Shown here: positions 1 to 8,603 of the stretch, piece after piece
How positions within the stretch are numbered: position 1 is the first letter of the stretch
Layout: the number at the start of each line of letters is the position of its first letter
Assembly: GCA_051649245.1 (NCBI GenBank)
Contig: JBOFGS010000014.1
Location: forward strand, 71,013-103,012
Origin: Brevinema sp.
GTDB lineage: Bacteria > Spirochaetota > Brevinematia > Brevinematales > Brevinemataceae
Length of the DNA: 32,000 bases
Reading direction: 5' to 3'
Program-made: the position numbers and the translations under genes
The notes under the pieces: generated by a model
The model's database searches: none
Seen by the model: only the letters and a program-made list of their open reading frames with translations
What the model was told of the DNA's origin: nothing

Positions 1-1253
1 ATAGACCAGAAGATATCTCATGTGATATTTGTGGTATATCGGCTACTACGATACAAATCTTTGGGAATGAAGATGGCTCATTAATTTGTAAAAATTGTTT
101 AGAACGTGCATCTGAATTAGCAGAAACTGAGTTTAAAAACAATATGGAATCACAACAAGATGCTATCCAAAAACTTCCGAAACCTGCAGATATTAAAGAA
201 TATCTTAACCAATATGTAATCGGCCAAGAACACGCTAAAAAGGTGCTTTCTGTTTCTGTTTACAATCATTATAAAAGAATCCTTTTATCATCTTCAGTTA
301 CATCAGAAGATGATGTTGAGCTTGAAAAGAGTAATATTTTACTCATTGGACCTACCGGATCTGGCAAGACATTACTTGCTAAAACAATTGCAAAAATTTT
401 AGACGTACCTTTTGCTATTGCTGACGCAACAGCATTAACAGAATCAGGATATGTGGGTGATGATGTCGAGAATATTTTAGTACGATTACTTCAAAATGCT
501 GCAGGACATGATATGGTTCATAATTGGAATCCTATTGTAAAAAAAGCAGAAAAAGGGATTATTTATATCGATGAAATTGATAAAATTGCCCGTAAAGGTG
601 AAAATGTATCAATTACCAGAGATGTTTCCGGCGAAGGTGTCCAACAAGCTCTTCTTAAAATTATTGAAGGAACAGTTGCAGGCGTCCCCCCACAAGGTGG
701 TCGTAAGCATCCTCATCAACAACAAATTATGATTGATACAAGTAATATTTTATTTATCCTTGGTGGGGCATTTGTTGGTTTAGAAGAAATCATTAAATCA
801 CGTGTTGGAAAAAATAGTATTGGATTCAAAGAAACAGTGAGTACTAAATCAGAACATGACCATATATTATCTGAACTAGAACCTCATGATATTATTAAAT
901 TTGGTTTGATTCCTGAATTTATTGGACGTGTCCCTGTAATCAGTACACTCAATCCACTAACAAAGGAAGAACTTCTTAATGTGTTAACAGAGCCTAAAAA
1001 TTCATTGATTAGGCAATATAAAAAATTACTTAACTTAGATAATATTGAGTTGGAATTTACAGACAAAGCTCTGTTAGCTATTGTAGAAAAGGCACATTCA
1101 CGTAAAAGTGGAGCACGAGGATTAAGAGCTATCTTAGAAAGTGCGATGATTGATATTATGTTTGATGCACCAAATATTTCCCCAGCAAAAATAACTATCG
1201 ACGATAAAGTTATTAACAATGGATCAAAACCAAAAATAACAAAACATAAATAA
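1..1253 (+). CDS. clpX: ATP-dependent Clp protease ATP-binding subunit ClpX; the 5' end lies just upstream of the window
   Basis: Motifs present: Walker A GPTGSGKT, pore-1 loop GYVG, Walker [24 protein letters not shown]. The frame stays open from nt 3 and encodes SCDICG...[10 protein letters not shown], the C4 zinc-finger N-domain of ClpX. The ATG at 144 in the ORF track is therefore internal. Confidence 0.95.
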   Translation, partial: RPEDISCDICGISATTIQIFGNEDGSLICKNCLERASELAETEFKNNMESQQDAIQKLPKPADIKEYLNQYVIGQEHAKKVLSVSVYNHYKRILLSSSVTSEDDVELEKSNILLIGPTGSGKTLLAKTIAKILDVPFAIADATALTESGYVGDDVENILVRLLQNAAGHDMVHNWNPIVKKAEKGIIYIDEIDKIARKGENVSITRDVSGEGVQQALLKIIEGTVAGVPPQGGRKHPHQQQIMIDTSNILFILGGAFVGLEEIIKSRVGKNSIGFKETVSTKSEHDHILSELEPHDIIKFGLIPEFIGRVPVISTLNPLTKEELLNVLTEPKNSLIRQYKKLLNLDNIELEFTDKALLAIVEKAHSRKSGARGLRAILESAMIDIMFDAPNISPAKITIDDKVINNGSKPKITKHK

Positions 1254-1255
1254 CT

Positions 1256-1287
1256 AAAAACTCCTCTTTATAAAAAGAGGAGTTTTT
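1256..1287 (+). terminator. Rho-independent terminator after clpX
   Basis: Perfect 14-bp stem AAAAACTCCTCTTT / AAAGAGGAGTTTTT with loop ATAA, starting 3 nt after the clpX stop. The T-run is at the 3' side. Confidence 0.7.
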
Positions 1288-1377
1288 AGTTATTCAGCAA
1301 TAATGGATTTAGTAGATAAAAAAATACTTCTTTATAATATCATATCATAAAGAAGCTTTTTCAGAAGATTCTTTGAT

Positions 1378-1406
1378 AAAAAACTCTCTAAATAAGAGAG
1401 TTTTTT
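1378..1406 (-). terminator. Rho-independent (bidirectional-looking) terminator after the 114-aa gene
   Basis: Perfect 12-bp stem AAAAAACTCTCT / AGAGAGTTTTTT with loop AAATA, 11 nt beyond the minus-strand stop at 1417. A third hairpin (CTTCTTTAT/ATAAAGAAG, 1327-1355) lies between the two terminators. Confidence 0.6.
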
Positions 1407-1416
1407 GAGAAAGTAA

Positions 1417-1761
1417 TTATCGTTTATTATCCAACTGATGAAGAATAAGAGCAGGAAATTTTTTTGTACTAATATATCTATCTCGTATTCCTTCAGGCAT
1501 ATCAACATAAATAGCACCGGGAGATAGATAATAAGCTGCATAGTTTTTCCCTGCGTATTCAAATTTAATTCGTGTAGGAAATTCTTCCGTTATGATAACA
1601 TTATCAAATTCTTTGGTAGAAATCCCTTGTATTCTATGCAATACTTCAAAATATACAAAATAAGTCATACGAAATTTTTTTATCTCAAATTGTACAGCAA
1701 ATAATGACGATGAACATCTGATGATTAATCCGACAAAAATTAATGTCCATAATTTTCTCAT
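1417..1761 (-). CDS. Small hypothetical exported protein or lipoprotein (114 aa)
   Basis: N-terminal hydrophobic signal MRKLWTLIFVGLIIRCSS with a Cys after the h-region. It has its own terminator. I recognise no family. The overlapping ORF 1332..1562 is out of frame and lower quality. Confidence 0.45.
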   Translation of the reverse strand: MRKLWTLIFVGLIIRCSSSLFAVQFEIKKFRMTYFVYFEVLHRIQGISTKEFDNVIITEEFPTRIKFEYAGKNYAAYYLSPGAIYVDMPEGIRDRYISTKKFPALILHQLDNKR

Positions 1762-1877
1762 AACATACTCCTAAATCATAAATTATATTGTATTAAAATA
1801 TTTGTTGTATATAGTATTCGGTTATTTTTCAGTTTACTAAATATCTTTTAATAAATATAAGTATGTATATTAATATA

Positions 1878-1907
1878 TTGATTTGATAAAATCAATTATG
1901 CTATAAT
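1878..1907 (+). promoter_or_regulatory. Candidate sigma70 promoter of the amino-acid ABC operon
   Basis: TTGATT, an 18-nt spacer, then an extended -10 TGCTATAAT (TG at 1899-1900, TATAAT at 1902-1907), about 60 nt upstream of the ATG at 1970. Confidence 0.4.
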
Positions 1908-1969
1908 AAAATAGATATTGACAATAGAGTATTTTTGTCGAATCAAGTGACAAACAAGGAGTATTGCAT

Positions 1970-2773
1970 ATGAAAGCAATTCATGTATTTATCTTATTTT
2001 TAATATTAAGTGCTTGTGGAGAAAAAAAATCCGTAGACTCCACTGTTACAGAGACTAAACCTTTAGTAGTAGGAATGGAGCTAGCATATCCTCCTTTTGA
2101 AACGAAAGATGCATTAGGTAATCCTACAGGAGTTAGTGTTGAAATAGCAAAAGAATTAGGAAAATTTTTAGGTAGAGAAGTTATTGTTGAAAATATTGCT
2201 TGGAATGGATTGATTCCTTCCTTACAAACAGGAAAAGTTGATTTTATTATCTCGTCTATGACAATTACCGAAGAACGAAAAAAACAAGTGAGTTTTTCAG
2301 ATCCTTACGCTCAAGTTCTTTTAAGCATTTTAGCAAATACTAATGCTAACATTACTTCGTATGATCAATTAAATGATCCTACAAAAACAATAGCAGTTAA
2401 ACAAGGTACTACGGCATTTTTCTTTGCAAAACAATATTTCCCTGTAGCAAAAATTAATAGTTTTACATCAGAAAGTACAGCTATTACAGAGGTTGCTCAA
2501 GGAAAAGCTGATGCATTCATTTATGGAGAATTGACTGTTTATAAAGCTTATTCACAATATCCTTCACAGACAACCATTATCACTATTCCTGCAGAATTGC
2601 AAGATAGTTCTTGGGGAATCGCTGTTAACAAAGAAAATACAAAATTATTAGCGGATATCAATAGATTTTTAGCATCATTTTTAAAATCAGAAACCAAAGA
2701 CAACCTTATTCAAACTTATCTTCAAAAAGAAAAAGAATTAGCTGATAAATTTGGCTTTAAATTTATTTTCTAA
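1970..2773 (+). CDS. Amino-acid ABC transporter substrate-binding lipoprotein (family 3 SBP)
   Basis: Lipobox LILSAC. Polar amino-acid SBP signatures are present: MELAYPPFE, GLIPSLQTGKVDFIISSMTITEER, SFSDPY. AAGGAG (1956-1961) sits 8 nt before the ATG at 1970. The TTG at 1964 in the ORF track is too close to the RBS. Confidence 0.85.
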   Translation: MKAIHVFILFLILSACGEKKSVDSTVTETKPLVVGMELAYPPFETKDALGNPTGVSVEIAKELGKFLGREVIVENIAWNGLIPSLQTGKVDFIISSMTITEERKKQVSFSDPYAQVLLSILANTNANITSYDQLNDPTKTIAVKQGTTAFFFAKQYFPVAKINSFTSESTAITEVAQGKADAFIYGELTVYKAYSQYPSQTTIITIPAELQDSSWGIAVNKENTKLLADINRFLASFLKSETKDNLIQTYLQKEKELADKFGFKFIF

Positions 2774-3558
2774 TGAAAAATATCATGAGTAATTTATTTT
2801 TTTTCTCATCAAAGTATCGTGTATTAAATTTTTTTTTCAATACAATACTTTTGATCATTATTACTATTCTTTTTATATTTGTCACATTTCAAAAACTTGG
2901 TATTACTCTGAATTTTAGTATTTTAGTGGACTATATACCTCAACTAAAAAATGGTTTCAAAATGACCTTAATTATTAGTGTTTTATCATTATTTTTAAGT
3001 ATGTTTATTGGATCATTGACTGCTTATTTTTATAATTCTAAGATTGTTATTGTATCATATTTAGCTCAATATTATATCCAACTAATTAGAGGTACTCCTC
3101 TCTTAGTTCAAATTTATTTCTTCTATTATATTGTAGGAAATGCCTGGGGTTTAGATAATAGATATTTAGCAGGAATATTAATATTATCAATATTTGAAGG
3201 AGCTTATATTGCTGAAATTATTAGAGGTGGTCTCACATCTATCAGTCCTCAGCAATATGAAATTGCGAAATCGATTGGTCTTAAAAAAATACAAACATTC
3301 TATTTGATTATTTTTCCACAATTAATGATTAGAATTTTGCCGTCATTAGCAGGTCAATTTGCATCTATCATTAAAGATTCTTCTTTGTTATCAGTTGTAG
3401 CTATTATTGAATTAACTCAGATTACTCAAGAGATTAGTTCGATTAATTATGCACTTTTTGAAAACTATTTGTTTTTAGGAGTTCTTTATCTACTACTAAC
3501 GATTCCTATCTCGCTCCTCAGTAAATATCTCGAAAAAAGGTTTCATTATGCATATTAA
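2773..3558 (+). CDS. Amino-acid ABC transporter permease (His/Glu/Gln/Arg/opine family)
   Basis: Multi-TM protein with the EAA-like loop EGAYIAEIIRGGLTSISPQQYEIAKSIGL. The start overlaps the upstream stop (TAATG). Confidence 0.85.
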   Translation: MKNIMSNLFFFSSKYRVLNFFFNTILLIIITILFIFVTFQKLGITLNFSILVDYIPQLKNGFKMTLIISVLSLFLSMFIGSLTAYFYNSKIVIVSYLAQYYIQLIRGTPLLVQIYFFYYIVGNAWGLDNRYLAGILILSIFEGAYIAEIIRGGLTSISPQQYEIAKSIGLKKIQTFYLIIFPQLMIRILPSLAGQFASIIKDSSLLSVVAIIELTQITQEISSINYALFENYLFLGVLYLLLTIPISLLSKYLEKRFHYAY

Positions 3559-4285
3559 CATTAAAAATATCGTTCACAGTTTTCAAGACAATGAAATAAT
3601 TCTTAACAATCTAAATTATGAAGATGAATGTTCTTCTTTAGCTCTCATTGGACCTTCTGGAGGAGGAAAATCCACTCTTCTTCGAATTTTTGGAGGATTG
3701 ATCACTCCTAAATCAGGACAAGTATATATTAATCACGCACCTATTTATTACGATAAAAATAGTCAATATATGTGGCATCAAAAAGTAAGTTTTGTTTTTC
3801 AATCTAATGGATTATTTCCACACTTTACAGCACTACAAAATATTACTCTTCCATTAGAACATGTGTTCCGTAAAAGTAGTAAAGAATCTACTTCTATTGC
3901 AATGGCGTTATTAGATCGTTTTGAACTTTTAGCACATAAAAATAAATATCCAGGTCAGCTTTCAGGTGGACAACAACAACGAATTGCTATTGCTAGAGCA
4001 GCTGCATCAAGACCAGAACTATTACTCCTAGACGAACCTACATCTGCTTTAGATCCTGAATATACGGCTGATGTCTTAAATATGATTCATGAGCTTACTA
4101 GCGATGGACTAAAAATCATTTTAGTAACCCATGAAATGGGATTTGCACGAAATACATGTGAAAAAGCTTTATTTTTATACAATGGAGAAATTATAGAGCA
4201 TAATAAGAGTGATCAATTTTTTCAAAATCCACAACGAGATGAGTTAAAGATATTTTTAAACAAAATTTTAGAATGGAATAAATAA
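3548..4285 (+). CDS. Amino-acid ABC transporter ATP-binding protein
   Basis: Walker A GPSGGGKST, signature LSGGQQQR, Walker B LLLLDEPTSALD, H-loop VTHEMGFA. It overlaps the permease gene by 11 nt. Confidence 0.9.
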   Translation: MHINIKNIVHSFQDNEIILNNLNYEDECSSLALIGPSGGGKSTLLRIFGGLITPKSGQVYINHAPIYYDKNSQYMWHQKVSFVFQSNGLFPHFTALQNITLPLEHVFRKSSKESTSIAMALLDRFELLAHKNKYPGQLSGGQQQRIAIARAAASRPELLLLDEPTSALDPEYTADVLNMIHELTSDGLKIILVTHEMGFARNTCEKALFLYNGEIIEHNKSDQFFQNPQRDELKIFLNKILEWNK

Positions 4286-4295
4286 ATCTCCAAAT

Positions 4296-4326
4296 AAAAA
4301 ACGCCTCATATTTTGAGGCGTTTTTT
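4296..4326. terminator. Bidirectional rho-independent terminator shared by the convergent ABC ATPase and potD
   Basis: AAAAAACGCCTCA-TATTT-TGAGGCGTTTTTT with an A-run on one side and a T-run on the other. It overlaps the potD stop codon. Confidence 0.8.
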
Positions 4327-5338
4327 ATTCTGCTTGTATATTTTCCCAAATTCTTGAATAAATACTAATAATATCATCACTTAATGCCTTAAGCATTGTT
4401 ACGTTACTAAGCTTTTCATAAACAATAGGTGATTTTATTTGAACTAATTCACGTGCAGGTACATTTAACGATAACGATGTTATATAATCCATGATACGAG
4501 CATAAATCTGAGGTCTATGGATAAAATTTATAAATTTAAGAGCAGCTACTTTATTAGGAGCATTTTGAAGCACAAGGAAACTGTCAATCCATACCATGCC
4601 ACCTTTGTTGGGAACAATAAATTTTGTATGTTCTAATTTTTCTGGACTTAATACAGGAATAATCGTATCAAGATAACCATGTACAATATTAACTTCTCCA
4701 TTTGCATAGGCGAGATGGAATGTATCTGAATCAAAACGAAGAATATTAGATTTCCAAGTAGTCAGTAATTCTGTTAATTTATTCATTGCTTCTTTATTTG
4801 TTTCTGAAATTGTGTAACCTAATGTTAGTAGAGCGGATCCTACTACTTCTCTCATATCGTTCAATAAAAGCATTTTATTTTTATAATCTGGATTTGAGAA
4901 AATATCAAATCCATTGATCTTATTGGATACATATCTATCATCATAAGCAATCAATGTAGGTCCAAATGCAAAAGGAACCATGAATTTTCCTCTTGGATCA
5001 ATCTGTTTAATATCATTCATTAATTGAGGATCAATATTAGAAATATTAGGAATTAAGTTGGTGTTAATTTCTTCAACAAGTCCTTCTTTAATCATAATTT
5101 CAGCATAATCTAAAGATGGCGTTACAATATCATAAATACCAAGACTTGATTTTATTTTTGTATACATTTCTTCATTAGAAGAAATTGCATCTTCAATAAT
5201 TTCAATTCCTGTTTCTTTGGTAAAATCATCATATACATCTTGAGGAATATTATCTGTCCACATATAAATACGTAATTTTTCTGACGATTTGCCACAAGAA
5301 GTAAAAAAAAGAATCATAACTAGTAATACATATTTCAT
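4325..5338 (-). CDS. potD: Spermidine/putrescine ABC transporter substrate-binding lipoprotein PotD
   Basis: Signal peptide plus Cys (FFTSCGK). It is the size and has the sequence style of PotD/PotF-type SBPs, and it is the last gene of a potA-B-C-D arrangement. RBS AAAGGAAG lies upstream. Confidence 0.85.
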   Translation of the reverse strand: MKYVLLVMILFFTSCGKSSEKLRIYMWTDNIPQDVYDDFTKETGIEIIEDAISSNEEMYTKIKSSLGIYDIVTPSLDYAEIMIKEGLVEEINTNLIPNISNIDPQLMNDIKQIDPRGKFMVPFAFGPTLIAYDDRYVSNKINGFDIFSNPDYKNKMLLLNDMREVVGSALLTLGYTISETNKEAMNKLTELLTTWKSNILRFDSDTFHLAYANGEVNIVHGYLDTIIPVLSPEKLEHTKFIVPNKGGMVWIDSFLVLQNAPNKVAALKFINFIHRPQIYARIMDYITSLSLNVPARELVQIKSPIVYEKLSNVTMLKALSDDIISIYSRIWENIQAE

Positions 5339-5365
5339 ATTTGCTTCCTTTAATTTAGATAAATC

Positions 5366-6142
5366 TTATTTGAATGCTATTTTCATATACTTTTTATTCA
5401 ATGAAAATAAAATAATGGAAATTCCAATGATTAAAACAGATAACGCATTGATTGCAGGTGAGAGCCCAAATCTAATTGCTGAGTACACATAAATAGGTAA
5501 GGTTGTCGATCCCGGTCCTGAAACAAAAAATGTTATAGCAAAATCATCTAATGACATTGTCAACGTTAATAAAAACGATGCTACCAATCCTGGAGATAAA
5601 ATAGGGAGTAAGACGCGTATCCATGTTTGAAAATCGTTTGCTCCGAGGTCTTTTGATGCTTCAATTACCGAAAGATCACTATTATCAAGAATAGATAGTA
5701 TCAGCAATAATGCAAACGGAATATTCATAGTTGTATGAGCAATAAAAACTGTGCCTACTCCTAAAGGAAAAGCCATGAGTACAAACAATGTCAGTAATGA
5801 AATCCCCATAATCAAATCAGGTAGCATTAAAGGCATATAAGAAAAGAGCAATAAGGTAGATCTTATTTTTTTTGAGCAATGCCATATTCCCCAAGCTCCT
5901 ATACAGCCTAACATAGTTGACAGTAAAGCTGATCCTAGTCCTATGACCAAACTATTGATTAATGCAGCTATCAAGCGATCTGATCTTGTGAATAATTCAT
6001 AATACCATTCCAAACTAAATCCTTGCCATTGAGCAGATTTACCTTGATTAAATGAAAAAATCAAAATCAGGACAATAGGTACATAAAAAATAAATAATGT
6101 GATTATAAATAAAAGAGCATTAAATAATTTTTGTTTTTTCAT
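5366..6142 (-). CDS. potC: Spermidine/putrescine ABC transporter permease PotC
   Basis: Six-TM permease with an EAA loop (VIEASKDLGANDFQTWIRVLLP). The likely start is MKKQKLF at 6142, preceded by AAAGGAG, forming an ATGA overlap with the potB stop. The ORF-track start at 6202 lies inside potB. Confidence 0.85.
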   Translation of the reverse strand: MKKQKLFNALLFIITLFIFYVPIVLILIFSFNQGKSAQWQGFSLEWYYELFTRSDRLIAALINSLVIGLGSALLSTMLGCIGAWGIWHCSKKIRSTLLLFSYMPLMLPDLIMGISLLTLFVLMAFPLGVGTVFIAHTTMNIPFALLLILSILDNSDLSVIEASKDLGANDFQTWIRVLLPILSPGLVASFLLTLTMSLDDFAITFFVSGPGSTTLPIYVYSAIRFGLSPAINALSVLIIGISIILFSLNKKYMKIAFK

Positions 6143-7044
6143 GATACTTTCTCCTTTTGGCTTTTTTGAGAAAACATCATTAAAATTAAAGCGATCAGAC
6201 AAATGACTGTTGAAATTGCTGCGGCAAGAGGCATATTTCGACCTACGGTTGCATTGTGAACAACAAGACTTCCTAAAACATAAGAGCTTTGACCACCCAC
6301 AAGTCTTGCCACAGCATAGTTTCCAAAAGTATTAATAAAAGTAAACACAAAAGCAGAAATGAGCCCACTACGAATACCTGGTATGTAGATATAAAGAAAA
6401 CTTTGCCAATTTTTTGCACCAAGATCTTCAGAAGCTTCCAATAAAGAAAAATCAAATTTTTCTAATGCCGAAAAAATAGGCATGATAGCAAATGGTAAAC
6501 AAATATAAATAGAAATTAACGTTACTGAAAAATTATTATAGAGTAACGACAGTGGTTTTTGAATAATCCCCATAGATAATAATGCAGAATTAAGAAGTCC
6601 ATTATTTCCAAGAATTTTAATCCAAGAAAAAATTCTGATCAAAAAATTAACCCAGAAAGGTAAAATTAATAATAATAACCAAAAATCCTTTTGTTTTGAT
6701 CTTGAAATAAAATGTGCAGAAGGTAAAGAAATAAGAACACAGATGATTGATGTAATAAATGCAATTGTGATTGTTCGCAGTATAGTTACTACTACTCTTG
6801 GCTCTCCTAACTCGAAATAAGCTGCTAAGGAAAATTTTAGATCCAAATCAAAAAAAGTTTGTGTTGCTTTTTGGAGACCTTGAGATTTTAGTGTAGATGA
6901 AAAATCTCTGATTGTAATTAAAATATCATTCCAAGATTGATTATCAACAAAAGAAACCAAAATAACTAGAAATGTAGGGATCACAAAAAATAAACTCATC
7001 CATATAAGATAAGGAGCTACATATAATTTGAGTTTTTTATCCAT
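6139..7044 (-). CDS. potB: Spermidine/putrescine ABC transporter permease PotB
   Basis: Multi-TM permease with an EAA loop (LLEASEDLGAKNWQSFLYIYIP). It overlaps potA by 8 nt. Confidence 0.85.
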   Translation of the reverse strand: MDKKLKLYVAPYLIWMSLFFVIPTFLVILVSFVDNQSWNDILITIRDFSSTLKSQGLQKATQTFFDLDLKFSLAAYFELGEPRVVVTILRTITIAFITSIICVLISLPSAHFISRSKQKDFWLLLLILPFWVNFLIRIFSWIKILGNNGLLNSALLSMGIIQKPLSLLYNNFSVTLISIYICLPFAIMPIFSALEKFDFSLLEASEDLGAKNWQSFLYIYIPGIRSGLISAFVFTFINTFGNYAVARLVGGQSSYVLGSLVVHNATVGRNMPLAAAISTVICLIALILMMFSQKSQKEKVS

Positions 7045-8167
7045 TCCCTTCTCCTACTTCTACAATATAGGAATCATCAGAATCCCATAAATACCAAGCA
7101 TCTTCTCCCCAATGTACTACTTCTGTTCCATCTTCATAAAAAATATCATGTTGCTCAAAAGCTTTAATATATTCGTTATGATTTGCGACCTCTAAGAAAT
7201 ATTTACTTTGAAATCCTGCATAAATAACGTCATAAACTTTTCCTTGGATCAAATTATGCCATTCATTAGGAAGTTGAGGTTTATTTTTGAGAACTTCAAT
7301 TTTTTCTGGACGTACACTTAACTTAACGCGTTCCCCTACTTTGAGTGTCTTATCAAGCTCAACAATAATGTCACCAAAAGAAGTTTTCATCATTGCATGA
7401 GAGGTGTCTAATAATTCCGTAATATGACCTTCAAAAAAATTATTTTCACCTATAAAATCAGCTACAAAAGTAGTTGCAGGGGTCTCATATAATTCTATCG
7501 GACTACCAACTTGAAGAATTTCACCTTCGTTCATCACAGCAATACGATCAGAAACACTTAATGCTTCTTCTTGATCATGTGTCACTAAAATAAATGTGAT
7601 TCCGACTTCATCATGAATCCGATCCAATTCTAAGAGCATATGTTGACGTAACTTAGCATCTAATGCTGAAAGTGGTTCGTCTAGAAGAAGTACTTTTGGC
7701 TCATTTGCCAACGCACGTGCAATAGCAACACGTTGTTGTTGTCCACCTGAAAGTTGACTTGGATATTTATCTTTATGATTTTGCAATCTTCCTAATTCAA
7801 TATAAGACATAACCTTATCATGAAATTTAGATTCTGAAATTCCTTTGATTTTAAATGAAAAAGCAATGTTTTCATAAACAGTTAAATGAGGAAATAAGGC
7901 ATATTTTTGAAAAACTGTGTTGATAGGTCTTTTATTTGGGGGAATATTTGTGATATTGGTATCACCAAGATAAACCATCCCTTCATTAGGAGTAATAAAT
8001 CCTCCAATAATACGTAATAAACTAGTTTTACCACAACCGGAAGGTCCTAGTAATGAAAAAAATTCACCAGAATTTATTTTTAAATTAATATCTTTTAAAA
8101 CTTGAAAATCACCATAAAAGTGATTGAGATGTTCAATGTGTATAGAATTTTTATTTGACGACAGCAT
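7037..8167 (-). CDS. potA: Spermidine/putrescine ABC transporter ATPase PotA
   Basis: Walker A GPSGCGKTS, LSGGQQQRVAIARAL, LLLDEPLSALD, VTHDQEEA, plus a C-terminal TOBE-like regulatory domain. RBS AAGGAA is 6 nt before the ATG. Confidence 0.9.
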   Translation of the reverse strand: MLSSNKNSIHIEHLNHFYGDFQVLKDINLKINSGEFFSLLGPSGCGKTSLLRIIGGFITPNEGMVYLGDTNITNIPPNKRPINTVFQKYALFPHLTVYENIAFSFKIKGISESKFHDKVMSYIELGRLQNHKDKYPSQLSGGQQQRVAIARALANEPKVLLLDEPLSALDAKLRQHMLLELDRIHDEVGITFILVTHDQEEALSVSDRIAVMNEGEILQVGSPIELYETPATTFVADFIGENNFFEGHITELLDTSHAMMKTSFGDIIVELDKTLKVGERVKLSVRPEKIEVLKNKPQLPNEWHNLIQGKVYDVIYAGFQSKYFLEVANHNEYIKAFEQHDIFYEDGTEVVHWGEDAWYLWDSDDSYIVEVGEGNG

Positions 8168-8329
8168 AAAACGTTCCTTAAATTATTTTAATATCAAATA
8201 TATCAAAAATCAAAATGACAAAAATAGACATGAAAAAGGGTATGATACGATAATAAGAAAATCAAATTTTAATAGAGATAAAGTACATAAAAAAAACATG
8301 AAAGTGTAACAAATGTGACAAATAATAAA

Positions 8330-8430
8330 GTGCAGGATTGATAGGAATAAGTGAAAAGCGGTCGAAACGCTGTAGAGTAGCCATAGTTAGCCCTCCAACG
8401 CAAAAACCTCGTTTTGGTGATAAAAACGGT
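8330..8430 (-). ncRNA. Candidate structured 5' leader RNA of potABCD (class unknown)
   Basis: About 100 nt of visibly higher G+C (near 45-50% by eye) sit in an otherwise very AT-rich 430-bp intergenic region. Local hairpins: AGCG-GTCGAAA-CGCT (8357-8371), CGTTTT-GGTGATA-AAAACG (8410-8428) and GUUGG-AGGG-CUAAC. The last pairs fully, with a G.U, only on the minus strand (8386-8399). No credible ORF is present. Confidence 0.25.
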
Positions 8431-8435
8431 ATTAT

Positions 8436-8464
8436 ATAGTAATCGATTTTTCATTATTTGTCAA
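8436..8464 (-). promoter_or_regulatory. Candidate sigma70 promoter for the potABCD leader
   Basis: On the minus strand: TTGACA (8464-8459), a 17-nt spacer, then TACTAT (8441-8436). This places the transcription start at the edge of the GC-rich island, about 260 nt upstream of the potA ATG. Confidence 0.3.
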
Positions 8465-8502
8465 TATTTTATCATGTATTTTTTTTATTTATAATACATA
8501 TA

Positions 8503-8532
8503 TTGACCAAATAATCAAAAATATGCTATAAT
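8503..8532 (+). promoter_or_regulatory. Candidate sigma70 promoter of the 8604 gene
   Basis: TTGACC, an 18-nt spacer, then an extended -10 TGCTATAAT (8524-8532). Confidence 0.45.
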
Positions 8533-8603
8533 CAGATACATTAAACGTAAAGCATATACTTAATTATTTTCAATCTCATTTGTAGTATGAGGAGTATTTG
8601 ATA

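Noticed and set aside
884-1219. 111-aa minus-strand ORF inside clpX
   Set aside because: It is antisense to a strongly supported conserved gene, has no RBS and has low-complexity I/L/S/N composition. This is a typical shadow ORF in AT-rich DNA. The same reasoning rejects 5289..5492, 6273..6455, 14068..14250, 16891..17097, 23983..24240 and 30699..30893.
1332-1562. 76-aa minus-strand ORF overlapping the 114-aa gene and the terminator hairpins
   Set aside because: It overlaps 1417..1761 out of frame and runs through two terminator stem-loops. The 114-aa ORF has a signal peptide and fits the terminator position better.
5303-5310. A8/T8 homopolymer in the potD signal-peptide codons as a phase-variation switch
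   Set aside because: Runs of 8 A or T occur many times in this window (for example near 2800, 14985 and 25830), in both coding and non-coding DNA. There is no evidence of a contingency locus.
8124-8454. Two 61-aa ORFs (8124..8309 plus strand, 8269..8454 minus strand) in the potA upstream region
   Set aside because: Neither has a Shine-Dalgarno sequence. One overlaps the potA 5' end antisense. Their composition is implausible (K/N/I-rich or F/Y/L/T-rich). The region is better explained as promoter plus leader RNA.
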